Below are positions 8,902-18,548 of a DNA stretch of 60,465 nt, in pieces. The notes beneath the pieces are model-generated. The model was not told the origin of the DNA. It was given only the letters and a program-made list of their open reading frames with translations, and searched no databases. Both the position numbers and the translations under genes were made by a program. This DNA is from a virus. Lineage: Duplodnaviria; Heunggongvirae; Uroviricota; Caudoviricetes. The DNA is taken from positions 72,147 through 132,611 of the IMG/VR virus record IMGVR_UViG_3300031994_001875; one strand, 5' to 3'. Position 1 is the first letter of the stretch. Each line of letters begins with the position of its first letter.

Positions 8902-9601
8902 CTTGGAAATCTTTCATCATTTCTCGTTCTTTTTTGAAATTTTCCATTAACTTGCTATTATATGTGTCCAGTTCTCGCTCTATTTGGTTGCGTTCAGTAC
9001 ACAATTTTCCTATCTTATTATCGTAATCTTTTATTACTAATTTCTTTTGATATGTAAATTCAATCACATCTTGAATTTCTTTTGACTGGCTCCAGGTCAA
9101 TCCCTTTTGAATGGTATCAACTGAGAAATCAATGAATTTTTGAATATACTTTGTTGCTGTCGGAACTGTCATTACTCGTTTTGTAATGACCTGTGGTTCA
9201 ATCCATAAATCAGTAGTGCCCCAAGTATGAATTTCTGTATTATTCAGTTTAGATGTTACAACATCATTAATATAATTGTTGTAATTGCTTAACATATTCA
9301 TTGAAGGAACTCTAACTCTAACTTCTATATCATAACCAACAGCTACACGAATTTCACCACGCAATTTTTCAGCAATCTTTTGAAATCCTGGGTTATCAGC
9401 AAAATTTATTCTATAACACATTTTATCAATATAAATTTTTCCCCTCTCAGAACCACCATCGTATAACTGGTTCACTACAAGTTCTTCACCATTACACTTA
9501 AATGAATCTAAAAATGAATAAATCTCATCATTCATTTTTTCTTTATATCGTGCTATTCGTTTTTTTGTATTGGAAGGGTCTATCAAATCATTTAGTTTCA
9601 T
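8897..9601 (-). CDS. DF-tail family protein, long coiled-coil type
   Basis: ends EREMMKDFQV. Confidence 0.75.
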   Translation of the reverse strand: MKLNDLIDPSNTKKRIARYKEKMNDEIYSFLDSFKCNGEELVVNQLYDGGSERGKIYIDKMCYRINFADNPGFQKIAEKLRGEIRVAVGYDIEVRVRVPSMNMLSNYNNYINDVVTSKLNNTEIHTWGTTDLWIEPQVITKRVMTVPTATKYIQKFIDFSVDTIQKGLTWSQSKEIQDVIEFTYQKKLVIKDYDNKIGKLCTERNQIERELDTYNSKLMENFKKEREMMKDFQV

Positions 9602-9602
9602 A

Positions 9603-9941
9603 TTAAAAATCCTTCTTTATTTCGTTTAAACTTTGTCTTACTTTTTTACCTAAATCTGTTCTAAAAAATAGCCATTCATCAAATCGTGATACAGCACCTT
9701 TGATTACATTATGAACTTCTTCTATATTATCATCAAGTTCATTAAAATCATATTGAAAATCAGTTATAGCATCAATGGATTCAAGGTAATCACTGTAAGA
9801 AAAAACACCATCAATATAAGAAAGCAAAGTTTCCCCATATTTGACTGCCCAAAAATCACTATTTGGTTTTTTGGTTTCTATATTGACTTGAAAGTGTTGA
9901 CTTCTCAACCAATCAATCAAATCTTGATGGATATGTTTCAT
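9603..9941 (-). CDS. DF-tail family protein
   Basis: ends LNEIKKDF. Confidence 0.8.
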   Translation of the reverse strand: MKHIHQDLIDWLRSQHFQVNIETKKPNSDFWAVKYGETLLSYIDGVFSYSDYLESIDAITDFQYDFNELDDNIEEVHNVIKGAVSRFDEWLFFRTDLGKKVRQSLNEIKKDF

Positions 9942-10555
9942 TGAAAATCCTTCTTGGCATCAATAATTAGTTTCAAATTCTTGTAATACTTTTCTTTGTA
10001 ATCTTTTAATGATGTGGCTTTCTCCAAAATTTCTTCTTCTCGCCTTTTGATTTCATCTGCGAAAGTCTGTAAATCTTGTTCTTCAAGAAAATCTTCAATA
10101 TCAGCAATTCGTTTCTTGTATGCTTCAATTTGTTCGCCAATATGTTTAATCAAAGTCTCAACAATTTGGTCATCATTATCCACCTCTACTTTAACATTAT
10201 CCATAAAGAGTTTTTGACTATAAAACCCTGTTGACGAAGGTCCATCTACAGTTTTCATTTTAGTAACATAAGACTTAATGGCGTTAATGTTCAACTGTGG
10301 CAAAAAATCATAAGCTGTGATATTGAATCTCTTTTCTTTATGATTTATCAATGTAATAAAGAAACTGAAGACCCTTGCATCATCGTCAATGTTGAAGAAT
10401 CTAATGGGAATACGATTTTTAATGTCTTTAAAATTAATGAACACATTTGCTTCATTATTGTTATACATTATATTAAATTGAGCTTCTTTAAATCCTAGTC
10501 CGTATGGGTTTAGAATTTTGTTTACAAATGTTACAATCTTACTAGCAGTTCCCAT
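9938..10555 (-). CDS. DF-tail family protein, long coiled-coil type
   Basis: ends IIDAKKDFQ. Confidence 0.8.
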   Translation of the reverse strand: MGTASKIVTFVNKILNPYGLGFKEAQFNIMYNNNEANVFINFKDIKNRIPIRFFNIDDDARVFSFFITLINHKEKRFNITAYDFLPQLNINAIKSYVTKMKTVDGPSSTGFYSQKLFMDNVKVEVDNDDQIVETLIKHIGEQIEAYKKRIADIEDFLEEQDLQTFADEIKRREEEILEKATSLKDYKEKYYKNLKLIIDAKKDFQ

Positions 10556-11220
10556 TAGAAATCCTTCATTACATCAATTTTGAGTTTAATAGCCTGTTGC
10601 ATTTTGCCGTTAATTTCACTTTTACGATAATGTAATTCGCTCAGCTTTTCATTCAATGCAGCAATTTCTTTATCCAAATCGGTCATCTGTGAAGTGTAGT
10701 TGGTTACATCACTATCATTTAGAATGTTGTCAAACATGCTGAATGAATGTTCCACTCGGCCTATAACCTTATTGAGAGTTACAAAAATATCGTCAGTTTC
10801 GTTGTTGTATCGGCACTGTTCGGACTTATAAGACTTGGTAGTAAAAAGATACATTGATGTATCATAGAACTTACCATCATCGTTTTTACCCCTCATTCGT
10901 TTATCAATAAAGAAACGGAAGGTGTCAATGTTTTCTTCTTCCTTCAAGATATGATAAACAATGACTTTTGCGAAATACAACTTACCTAATTTGTTGTAAT
11001 ACTTGAGTTTAATAATTGGTTTGTCAGTTTGAACAAATTCTCGGCATCGGTCAAGAGTTGGTGAATCAATATCGCAATAGCGAATAATGATAGTGTTACC
11101 ATCCACCGGGTGAATTTTCTTGAGCTTAGTCTTTTCTTTTACATCTTTTGAAAACTGGCGTACCAAATCTAAGGTTTGAGCCCGTTGTGCTTCTGCATCC
11201 CAACAATCTATTTTAGCCAT
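10555..11220 (-). CDS. DF-tail family protein, long coiled-coil type
   Basis: ends KIDVMKDF; likely start MAKIDCW. Confidence 0.8.
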   Translation of the reverse strand: MAKIDCWDAEAQRAQTLDLVRQFSKDVKEKTKLKKIHPVDGNTIIIRYCDIDSPTLDRCREFVQTDKPIIKLKYYNKLGKLYFAKVIVYHILKEEENIDTFRFFIDKRMRGKNDDGKFYDTSMYLFTTKSYKSEQCRYNNETDDIFVTLNKVIGRVEHSFSMFDNILNDSDVTNYTSQMTDLDKEIAALNEKLSELHYRKSEINGKMQQAIKLKIDVMKDF

Positions 11221-11887
11221 TGAAGTCATCTCCCAATTTAATAAGGTTCATTACACTCTTGGCAGTCTTGGTTACAAGATTTTTCTTTGCCAGAGTAAGT
11301 TCTTTTTGTTGTTCATTTAATTTAGTCATATTGGTTTTAAAATCACCAGTATGTAAAATCTCATGTATCTTTATGTTGTCTTTAATTTGTTTCTGTAATG
11401 TGTTAATAGTTCCAATAACATGTTGTTTGAAATCTTCCAAATCTTCCAACGAATAAATGTCATATTTCAGTTGGTTGCCTTGAGTCATATAATTTTCGTA
11501 ATCACCAAAACCATAAGGTTTATCATTCTTTCGTAAAGATGCTTTAACAATCTCAGGCATAAATTCATCAGTTATTTCAAAATCATAATACATTTCATTG
11601 TAGATTATGAAATAATCGTCAAGCATATTACAATCATATTCTATGGCACTGTAATTGGTGTAATCACCCCATTCACCACAAGAAACTTTAATTTCATATC
11701 TAAATATGTTATCTGTAATTCTATAACCAGTTGTATAAATTATACCTGGAATAGTCTTGATAACTGTATCAAGAAATGGTACTGGAGTGAACTTCATACC
11801 TTCCCACCATTTAGGATTGCACACAGAAGATTCAGGTACAGTATCGCTCAAATCAACATTTACCAATTCTATTTTATTCAAAAACAT
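11213..11887 (-). CDS. DF-tail family protein, long coiled-coil type
   Basis: ends LIKLGDDFNG. Confidence 0.8.
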   Translation of the reverse strand: MFLNKIELVNVDLSDTVPESSVCNPKWWEGMKFTPVPFLDTVIKTIPGIIYTTGYRITDNIFRYEIKVSCGEWGDYTNYSAIEYDCNMLDDYFIIYNEMYYDFEITDEFMPEIVKASLRKNDKPYGFGDYENYMTQGNQLKYDIYSLEDLEDFKQHVIGTINTLQKQIKDNIKIHEILHTGDFKTNMTKLNEQQKELTLAKKNLVTKTAKSVMNLIKLGDDFNG

Positions 11888-12492
11888 TACATATCCTTTG
11901 CTAGATTAAGAACATTCTTAAATGTTTGAACACATTTGTTTACATAGTCATCTCTAATTTGTTCGGCTTCTTTAATCGTATTTTCTAGTTCTTGTATTTT
12001 AGTAGCCATTTTGTTAATTTCTAGACTGTTAAGTACATTACAAATGTTTTCAATTTGAGTATTGAACCATTCAATATGATTTTCAATAGCCTTGCGAACT
12101 TTTAGAGCATCTTTTTCGTTATTGACTGTGTATCTGTATGTTCGTTTGGTAGTAGTATAACACCCTTCAAACCAACGCTTCAATGAGAATTCTGTATCAT
12201 AAAGTTTGTTAATAACATATCGCTCCGGGATAGTTTGTTTGTAAAAATTGATGTGCACAGTCATTGGTGTAGTATCATTTGGGTCATCATCTTTAACTAC
12301 AGTACATCGTTGTATGGTAATATCCATATACATTTCGTTTGGAACATTCACACAAGTGAAACCATTTAGAATGTTGGACCTACGAATATATTCGTTATTA
12401 AAACTGCGCCCATAATATCTTTTCTTAAAAGATTCTTCTGTGACTCCATCAAATATCACATCCAACATTTTTTCATAGTTTACTTTGTTCAT
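11887..12492 (-). CDS. DF-tail family variant (DM), long coiled-coil type
   Basis: ends VLNLAKDM after heptad-rich helix. Confidence 0.75.
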   Translation of the reverse strand: MNKVNYEKMLDVIFDGVTEESFKKRYYGRSFNNEYIRRSNILNGFTCVNVPNEMYMDITIQRCTVVKDDDPNDTTPMTVHINFYKQTIPERYVINKLYDTEFSLKRWFEGCYTTTKRTYRYTVNNEKDALKVRKAIENHIEWFNTQIENICNVLNSLEINKMATKIQELENTIKEAEQIRDDYVNKCVQTFKNVLNLAKDM

Positions 12493-13343
12493 TAGTTCTT
12501 ACCACACATTTTTACGAAATCATCTTCACTCAAAAGAGTAGTTCCCTGCTTACGAGCCTTAACGGCCTTGCTAGATGTGGAATTTACATCGGCGAGAACA
12601 AGATAATCAGTATCTTTCTTCATAGATTCGTGGATAACACCACCATTCTTTTCAACCAATGCCCACAGCTCCTTACGAGGCATACTAGCAGCACCCGTGA
12701 AGCAGAAAGATTTACCACCCAACGAACCACCCACAGCAATTTTCTTGGGAGTGGCAGCCTTAATCGTTACATACTTGAGGGTCTTTTCCATATCTTTCTT
12801 CAGCATTTTCAAACCCTCGTGGAGTTTCTTGGATGTAATATCAGCTACACCATCACACACAAATCGCTGAGAAGAATTTGAACCAAAGAAATCTTCAAAC
12901 TTCTTAAATCCATAGAATTTGATAATGTTCTCAATGACCTTTTCGCCAATGCTATCAATGTTGTAGCCAGCGATAAACTTTGCCAAGGTCATTGTCTTAT
13001 GGGCATCCAGTTCTTTCTTCATCTTTTCGGCAGAACGAACACCAAAACCAGGAATAGTAGCAATCTTTTCCAAATCCATAGTGTAGAGCGAAGAAATGGA
13101 GTCAATCACATTGTTTTCAATAAGTTTGTCAATGGTAGAACCACCAAATTCTTTAATATCCATCGTATTAGTCCATTTGTTAATGCGACCCGCATACTTG
13201 GATTTACAGAAATCGTTAGAGCATTTGAGCTGGCAGTGATTATCACTCAAAACCAATTCACCTCCACAAACAGGGCATACAGTGGGGAGATTCCATTTGT
13301 GGGATTTTGCGATAGTTGCTAATTCGTTCATTAAATACCTCAT
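12492..13343 (-). CDS. ligA: NAD-dependent DNA ligase, C-terminal half (Zn finger, HhH, BRCT)
   Basis: CPVCG...CSNDFC Zn finger, IPGFGVRSA and IDSIGEK HhH motifs, GKSFCFTG...TDYLV BRCT. Confidence 0.9.
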   Translation of the reverse strand: MRYLMNELATIAKSHKWNLPTVCPVCGGELVLSDNHCQLKCSNDFCKSKYAGRINKWTNTMDIKEFGGSTIDKLIENNVIDSISSLYTMDLEKIATIPGFGVRSAEKMKKELDAHKTMTLAKFIAGYNIDSIGEKVIENIIKFYGFKKFEDFFGSNSSQRFVCDGVADITSKKLHEGLKMLKKDMEKTLKYVTIKAATPKKIAVGGSLGGKSFCFTGAASMPRKELWALVEKNGGVIHESMKKDTDYLVLADVNSTSSKAVKARKQGTTLLSEDDFVKMCGKN

Positions 13344-13355
13344 TTGTTTTTTACA

Positions 13356-13421
13356 AATATAGAAAATCCACCGACTATTGTCAATGGATTTTTGGCTAAA
13401 CTTTGTAAATTTTTCTTTACA
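13356..13421 (-). promoter_or_regulatory. early promoter + operator
   Basis: TTGACA 13384-13379, 17 bp, TATATT 13361-13356; palindrome 13404-13421 (19 bp). Confidence 0.85.
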
Positions 13422-13835
13422 TTACTCAAAATCGTCTTTGATTTTTGCCAAGCACTGGCTCTCTCTGGCTCTTTTTTCCATTTGTGGTAGTTGGTATCTA
13501 ATCATAGCCAACTGGCTCAGAGCAGTCAAGGACTGATAAGGCCTGCCAAAGGCCCATATTGAGTAAACAATACCAGTATAATCTTTTAAGCCAGTTGTAT
13601 CGGAATAATTCACAAAACGACCGACTTTCAGTTTAAGATTTTCTGTTAGTTTGTATATTAGTATAGCCCTGCTATAATCAAATACCAAAACTTTATCCAA
13701 ATCTTTAAATCCAAAAATCCTTTTAATGGCACTATTAATACTGGTTATATCTTTTCCTGTTAATCTATCTTCATCCTTCAAAATCTTCCAATGCTCCAAT
13801 GTGTAATGAGATAATAGAATGTATTTTATTCTCAA
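13422..13835 (-). CDS. DF-tail family protein (start uncertain)
   Basis: ends LAKIKDDFE; 5' end overlaps upstream gene, possible indel near 13761. Confidence 0.65.
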   Translation of the reverse strand: MRIKYILLSHYTLEHWKILKDEDRLTGKDITSINSAIKRIFGFKDLDKVLVFDYSRAILIYKLTENLKLKVGRFVNYSDTTGLKDYTGIVYSIWAFGRPYQSLTALSQLAMIRYQLPQMEKRARESQCLAKIKDDFE

Positions 13836-14400
13836 TTCCGTAAATTTGGTTATGCTTCAAATCAATTTCTTCTTTGATTTTTTTAATATCATCTAGCAAA
13901 GAATTTACAGTTGGGTCATTCACTAATTCAATCGTATGTTCAAAATTCTTGGATTGTTCATTCAAAATCTTGCCCATAACCTTAACCAAATCACCAAACT
14001 TAACTTCTAGTTCTTTGTTTTCCATTTCGTTTCTTTCAATGTATTCTTTCTTTAAATCTTCAAATGAGTTATTCTCTAAAAGTTTTTTCATTCGTTTTAG
14101 AGTCCAATCATTCAAAAGATTTTTCAGTTTATACACTCTATAACAGATTCTAACTTCAATTTGGTTAAAATCCATTAAATCCATATATGGCCTTGGAACA
14201 ACAAACTCAATACCAATAAGATATTCTTCAGGCTTTACAAATAAAGTTGCTTTTTCATATTTGGGCTGTGGCAAATGAGCCAAATCAAAAACCATCTTAT
14301 AAATGGTTCCTTCTTTGACTGGGAATGACTTAACAACAAATTGGGGGAACTCAAGTTCTCCCCTAAATTTGTTTACTAATTGTTGTACATTTGTTTCCAT
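13771..14400 (-). CDS. DF-tail family protein, long coiled-coil type
   Basis: ends IGALEDFEG. Confidence 0.75.
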   Translation of the reverse strand: METNVQQLVNKFRGELEFPQFVVKSFPVKEGTIYKMVFDLAHLPQPKYEKATLFVKPEEYLIGIEFVVPRPYMDLMDFNQIEVRICYRVYKLKNLLNDWTLKRMKKLLENNSFEDLKKEYIERNEMENKELEVKFGDLVKVMGKILNEQSKNFEHTIELVNDPTVNSLLDDIKKIKEEIDLKHNQIYGIENKIHSIISLHIGALEDFEG

Positions 14401-14403
14401 AAT

Positions 14404-14772
14404 TTACATTGTAATTGCTTCTGCGAGCTTAGTAATTTCCTTATCTTTTACATTTCGTGGAGAATCCCCGGCATACACATCAATAGCCATATTGAGCCAC
14501 TGGCGCAGTTCGTCACTTTCCAATCCCGACCACATAGTACCATCAAATGAGTTAATCTTGATACCGTGCTGGAGAAATGCCTTCAATCTACGATAGAACT
14601 TATCACGATATTCAATTCTCTTCAACTGAGCCTGAGCTGCCTTAACCGGATTTGGCTTGGTAGTACAGGTTTCGGCACGCATATTGTCCTTGCTATCAGG
14701 GACGTATGATTCGTAATTCTTTGCGAACTCAAACAGAAATTCCATCTTATCTTCGTGGGTGTATCGTGCCAT
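14404..14772 (-). CDS. hypothetical protein, first gene after early promoter
   Basis: AAGGAG SD, 122 aa. Confidence 0.75.
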   Translation of the reverse strand: MARYTHEDKMEFLFEFAKNYESYVPDSKDNMRAETCTTKPNPVKAAQAQLKRIEYRDKFYRRLKAFLQHGIKINSFDGTMWSGLESDELRQWLNMAIDVYAGDSPRNVKDKEITKLAEAITM

Positions 14773-14814
14773 AATTTTTACTCCTTGTTAATGGTTATTT
14801 TTTGTTTCCATTCT

Positions 14815-14871
14815 AATATAGAAAAAAGAAAGCAGAGTGTCAACCACTCTGCTTGTAAATAATAATTTACA
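14815..14871 (-). promoter_or_regulatory. early promoter + terminator hairpin + operator
   Basis: TTGACA 14843-14838, 17 bp, TATATT 14820-14815; 10-bp hairpin 14830-14854; palindrome 14854-14871 (10 bp). Confidence 0.85.
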
Positions 14872-15439
14872 TTTTCGTCAGTTTTCTGTAATCATAAACA
14901 TAATTCATAACTTTTGGAACATATTTAAATGTTTGTTGGTGAACTTCCGTTCCCTTGATTTTTCCAATCAAATAGTCCCTATATTTTCTTGCCCCAACAT
15001 TACCACCATTATATCCAGCTGCTGCTAACTCATAACTACCAAATTTCTTTTTCAAATGATACAAATACGCAGTACCGATTTGGATATTACTCTCAATATC
15101 GTACAAGTTCTTATATTCAATATCGTATTTGTTCGCAATATATTTGGCAGTTTTCGGCATTAACTGCATTAGACCAATGGCGCCGCAATATGATTTGGCA
15201 TTTACATTGAACCTGCTTTCTGTTGTCATGATTCCTAATGTGAAATGGAAATCCAAGTCATATTTGTCAGATTCTTGATAAGCAATTTCGCTAATCTTGA
15301 ATGCGTCTTGGGTTGTTATGTTTTTATTTACAGTTTGGACTATTTCCGCACCTTTTGCAATCATATACAAATTGGTGAAGTCATGAGAACCAAAACTGAT
15401 AGAAATGAGTATTGTTATTAAAATGATTATCTTTTTCAT
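14867..15439 (-). CDS. soluble lytic transglycosylase (SLT domain) with signal peptide
   Basis: TESRFN catalytic Glu, GAIGLMQLMP, AAAGYNGG; start MKKIILITIL. Confidence 0.9.
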   Translation of the reverse strand: MKKIIILITILISISFGSHDFTNLYMIAKGAEIVQTVNKNITTQDAFKISEIAYQESDKYDLDFHFTLGIMTTESRFNVNAKSYCGAIGLMQLMPKTAKYIANKYDIEYKNLYDIESNIQIGTAYLYHLKKKFGSYELAAAGYNGGNVGARKYRDYLIGKIKGTEVHQQTFKYVPKVMNYVYDYRKLTKM

Positions 15440-15449
15440 AGCGGTAGCA

Positions 15450-15478
15450 AATATAGTAAAACTATATATATTTGTCAA
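15450..15478 (-). promoter_or_regulatory. sigma70-type promoter without operator
   Basis: TTGACA 15478-15473, 17 bp, TATATT 15455-15450. Confidence 0.7.
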
Positions 15479-15484
15479 CCTCTT

Positions 15485-15916
15485 TTAGGAAAAATCACCA
15501 CTCATTTTCAATTCTTTTATTTTATTTTGAGCTTTCTTATAGTTTCTGTAAACATCTTTTAACATATTTTTAATGTCATACAGGACGTCAATAGTATCTT
15601 CAGTTATATATCGTGATTCACTATTACGCAGTTTAAGGCTATATTCTTCTTCAATTTTATCTGCGTTGTATGTTATGTTATGATAGATTTTTACTTCGTA
15701 ATTGAATCTGGCAACAATGCGTCGCATACTTCTATTTTCTTTTTGATAATGAAAAAATATGTCACCCATAAATTCATTATCAATATAAAACGAATGCCGA
15801 CCTTCATCGTTATTTAATCGTGGTTCATGAACTTCAAATCCAATCTGGTTAAGTTCTTCGGCAAACTTTTTGATAATGTCCAGCATTGCTATTTTTGTTT
15901 TAAATACAGATGCCAT
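15485..15916 (-). CDS. DF-tail family protein
   Basis: ends ELKMSGDFS. Confidence 0.8.
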   Translation of the reverse strand: MASVFKTKIAMLDIIKKFAEELNQIGFEVHEPRLNNDEGRHSFYIDNEFMGDIFFHYQKENRSMRRIVARFNYEVKIYHNITYNADKIEEEYSLKLRNSESRYITEDTIDVLYDIKNMLKDVYRNYKKAQNKIKELKMSGDFS

Positions 15917-15927
15917 TAGACTTTACC

Positions 15928-16170
15928 TTAAATATCGTCAAGAATCCTGAACAATTTAACATATACTGGTAGCAATAACAATGTTTCGCACAACAGAATT
16001 AGTAAAAAATACCAACCGCAACCATGCGATAGCCAATCACTAACAAACAAACTTGTTAAACCCATAAAAATTAACGCAAGAATTGAAGCAACCAATTTGA
16101 ATCCATCAGTTTTGAATAGTCCAAATGTTGACTTAAATGCGTCTTTGTAAATTTCTAGTAATTTATTCAT
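15928..16170 (-). CDS. small membrane protein
   Basis: Two hydrophobic segments. Confidence 0.7.
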   Translation of the reverse strand: MNKLLEIYKDAFKSTFGLFKTDGFKLVASILALIFMGLTSLFVSDWLSHGCGWYFLLILLCETLLLLPVYVKLFRILDDI

Positions 16171-16178
16171 AGTTCTCC

Positions 16179-16499
16179 TTATTCAAAATCCTCGCTAACA
16201 CTTTCTAACAAGAACTTTTCTTTAACTGATTTAACTATTTCTATAAATTTCTTTTCATTCAATCTCAACGAATCAGATAGAAAATCACTGAACTTGTATG
16301 AAAAAATTATCTTTGTTCCATACAAATGATAAAAATTTAAATCTTCAGTTAATAGTTGTGCACGGATTTTAAGTGTATCATTTGAAAAGAAAGAATCACT
16401 GTTTTGGTAAATCCTCTCCTTAGTGAAACCATTTTCTTTCATGATTTCATCTATTCTCGTTAGAGAATCCCACATATTTTTAACTCGTTCAATGTTCAT
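16179..16499 (-). CDS. DF-tail family protein
   Basis: ends LESVSEDFE. Confidence 0.8.
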   Translation of the reverse strand: MNIERVKNMWDSLTRIDEIMKENGFTKERIYQNSDSFFSNDTLKIRAQLLTEDLNFYHLYGTKIIFSYKFSDFLSDSLRLNEKKFIEIVKSVKEKFLLESVSEDFE

Positions 16500-16930
16500 T
16501 CAAAATCCGTATCCATTTCCAAGCGTTTCTTTTTGGCTTCGGCAGTCTTAATTTGTTTACAAATAACATTCAACCATTTAATATATTTTTCAATATCCGA
16601 TTCGTGTAAATCACGCCTGCAAGTCACCTGAATTTTAATCTTGTGCTGCATTGAAGTCTTTGTAAATGAAGATTTATCTGTAAATGTGACCTTTGAATTA
16701 AGACTTAGTAAAACTGCTTCAGTCGGATAACTCATATAAAAAGCAACAAATCCAACTGGATAACCCATAAAAGTAAAACTAATACTACTAGAATAGGGTT
16801 TCATCCAGGTCGGAACACTATTAAATGAAGTTTTTACACCACATTCAGTTTCAATACGATCAGCAAACGGCTGAAGCATTTCTTTTACTTTGTCTTCAGT
16901 GTATTTTGGGTCATCATACCAACAATTCAT
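16496..16930 (-). CDS. DF-tail family protein
   Basis: ends RLEMDTDFE. Confidence 0.8.
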   Translation of the reverse strand: MNCWYDDPKYTEDKVKEMLQPFADRIETECGVKTSFNSVPTWMKPYSSSISFTFMGYPVGFVAFYMSYPTEAVLLSLNSKVTFTDKSSFTKTSMQHKIKIQVTCRRDLHESDIEKYIKWLNVICKQIKTAEAKKKRLEMDTDFE

Positions 16931-17461
16931 TTAGCCTCCATAAACATCGTGGATATTCCACAGATAATCATCCATTCGTTCTTCGCTCATCCCATCAATG
17001 TATGCGATTTTCTTCATATAGTTAATGAACTCCTGCTTCTTCATTTTAGTTAGTGCTTTGATACTGGAAGAAGAAAGATACTTATACTTTTCATTTGTTG
17101 AAAAATAAATCGTTTCAACATTTTCATTCATCTTCTTTGTGTACCATTCCTGGGTCATTTCGCTTTCTAGGTCTGTACCATTACGAAGGCCTTTAACGAT
17201 ATGGGTAATTCCATTCTTTGAGCAGTAGTCAGCTAGAAATTCGTTTGCTGGAAGAATGTCAATGGTTACACCATTAACACCGGCCTGGTCAAGAATTTCA
17301 CGAACCCATTTTACCCGCTCGGTCCTGCCCTTTAGATATGTCTTGCTGGGGTTATCTGCGAACAATAGTGTAATGCCACCAAATGAGCGAACTGCTCTCC
17401 TTATAATGTCTATGTGGCCTGCGTGGATTGGGTCAAAAGAACCTGCGTAAACTGCTTTCAT
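16931..17461 (-). CDS. coaD: phosphopantetheine adenylyltransferase
   Basis: YAGSFDPIHAGHIDII, KGLRNGTDLESE, SSSSIK match CoaD signature positions. Confidence 0.8.
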   Translation of the reverse strand: MKAVYAGSFDPIHAGHIDIIRRAVRSFGGITLLFADNPSKTYLKGRTERVKWVREILDQAGVNGVTIDILPANEFLADYCSKNGITHIVKGLRNGTDLESEMTQEWYTKKMNENVETIYFSTNEKYKYLSSSSIKALTKMKKQEFINYMKKIAYIDGMSEERMDDYLWNIHDVYGG

Positions 17462-17811
17462 TATTCAAAATCCTCTTTAACAGAAAGTTCATTAATATCA
17501 TTTCCAAATTCTTTCTTCAACAGAATTATGTTGTTCAAATCCATTATAGCATGGTCAAGAAACTTTTTGGCTTTATTAATATCTCTCACATCCACACTTT
17601 TATATGAAGTTACTTCAAAACATTTATAATATGAACCATAAACTATTGTAAATGTAGTAACTATATGAGTCATTTGTTGTCCTGAAGAAAACCAACATAA
17701 AGTGTTATTCATAATCTTACTGGTGTGATACACATTATACCACCCACCTTCATGTTTCAATTCTAGTTCAGGATATTTGGCAATCAAATTTTTAAATGCT
17801 TTTAGTGTCAT
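17461..17811 (-). CDS. DF-tail family protein
   Basis: ends ELSVKEDFE. Confidence 0.8.
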   Translation of the reverse strand: MTLKAFKNLIAKYPELELKHEGGWYNVYHTSKIMNNTLCWFSSGQQMTHIVTTFTIVYGSYYKCFEVTSYKSVDVRDINKAKKFLDHAIMDLNNIILLKKEFGNDINELSVKEDFE

Positions 17812-18008
17812 TAGAACTCAATATAAATTAATGCTTCGGCAGCAGCCGCAGGTGTACAACCCTTGTTATACATTTCTTCCAATACGGCACAATAATCAGA
17901 ATCGTAATTTGTGCCATACCAACTTGTTTTCTCGCTTGGGTCAACTGAACCATTTGAGTTTTGTACAAATATATTCCAAACATTATCAAGCCAAGTAGTC
18001 AAATTCAT
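17811..18008 (-). CDS. small acidic protein, first gene after promoter
   Basis: 65 aa, AAGGAG SD. Confidence 0.7.
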   Translation of the reverse strand: MNLTTWLDNVWNIFVQNSNGSVDPSEKTSWYGTNYDSDYCAVLEEMYNKGCTPAAAAEALIYIEF

Positions 18009-18031
18009 CTTTACTCCTTTGTTTCAGATAC

Positions 18032-18075
18032 AAAATAATAAAAATCAGATTAATTGTCAATTATTATTTTGTAAA
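18032..18075 (-). promoter_or_regulatory. sigma70-type promoter with operator half-site
   Basis: TTGACA 18060-18055, 17 bp, TATTTT; single half-site 18070-18075 at 9 bp. Confidence 0.6.
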
Positions 18076-18080
18076 TTTTT

Positions 18081-18548
18081 TTAAACCAAGAAACCCTTTC
18101 CACCTGTGAGTTGGCGAATAATGGCAGCTTTCTTTTCAACTCCCATGTGGTCAAAGTTTGGATAGAGCCTTCTAGCTTCTTTCCATTCAGGAGTTAACTT
18201 ATTTTCATCACCATAAGATTTAATATGGTTTTCGGCTTCCTGAACCATATCTTCAATGCTGTTGTACCATTCAGGTTCACTCCAGTCAACTGCTACCCAA
18301 GGCTGCATTTGAATCATATAGCCTTCACCAACAGGATAATCTTCTTCTTTAGCTTCTTCTTCGTTTGTAATGAATAGGACCTGGAAACCTTCCAAATCAA
18401 CATATCCATCTTTCATAAAGCTGATGTAACCTTCCCCTTCATCAAGAACTTTCCAACTTTCGTGCTTCAAAAAGGTTTCCTTGATTTTATCCTTCGTAAA
18501 CCGAGGAACATCATAATGTTTATGCGTGTTTTCAAAAATATTTCTCAT
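18081..18548 (-). CDS. hypothetical protein
   Basis: Start MRNIFE (TAATG coupling). Confidence 0.7.
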   Translation of the reverse strand: MRNIFENTHKHYDVPRFTKDKIKETFLKHESWKVLDEGEGYISFMKDGYVDLEGFQVLFITNEEEAKEEDYPVGEGYMIQMQPWVAVDWSEPEWYNSIEDMVQEAENHIKSYGDENKLTPEWKEARRLYPNFDHMGVEKKAAIIRQLTGGKGFLV

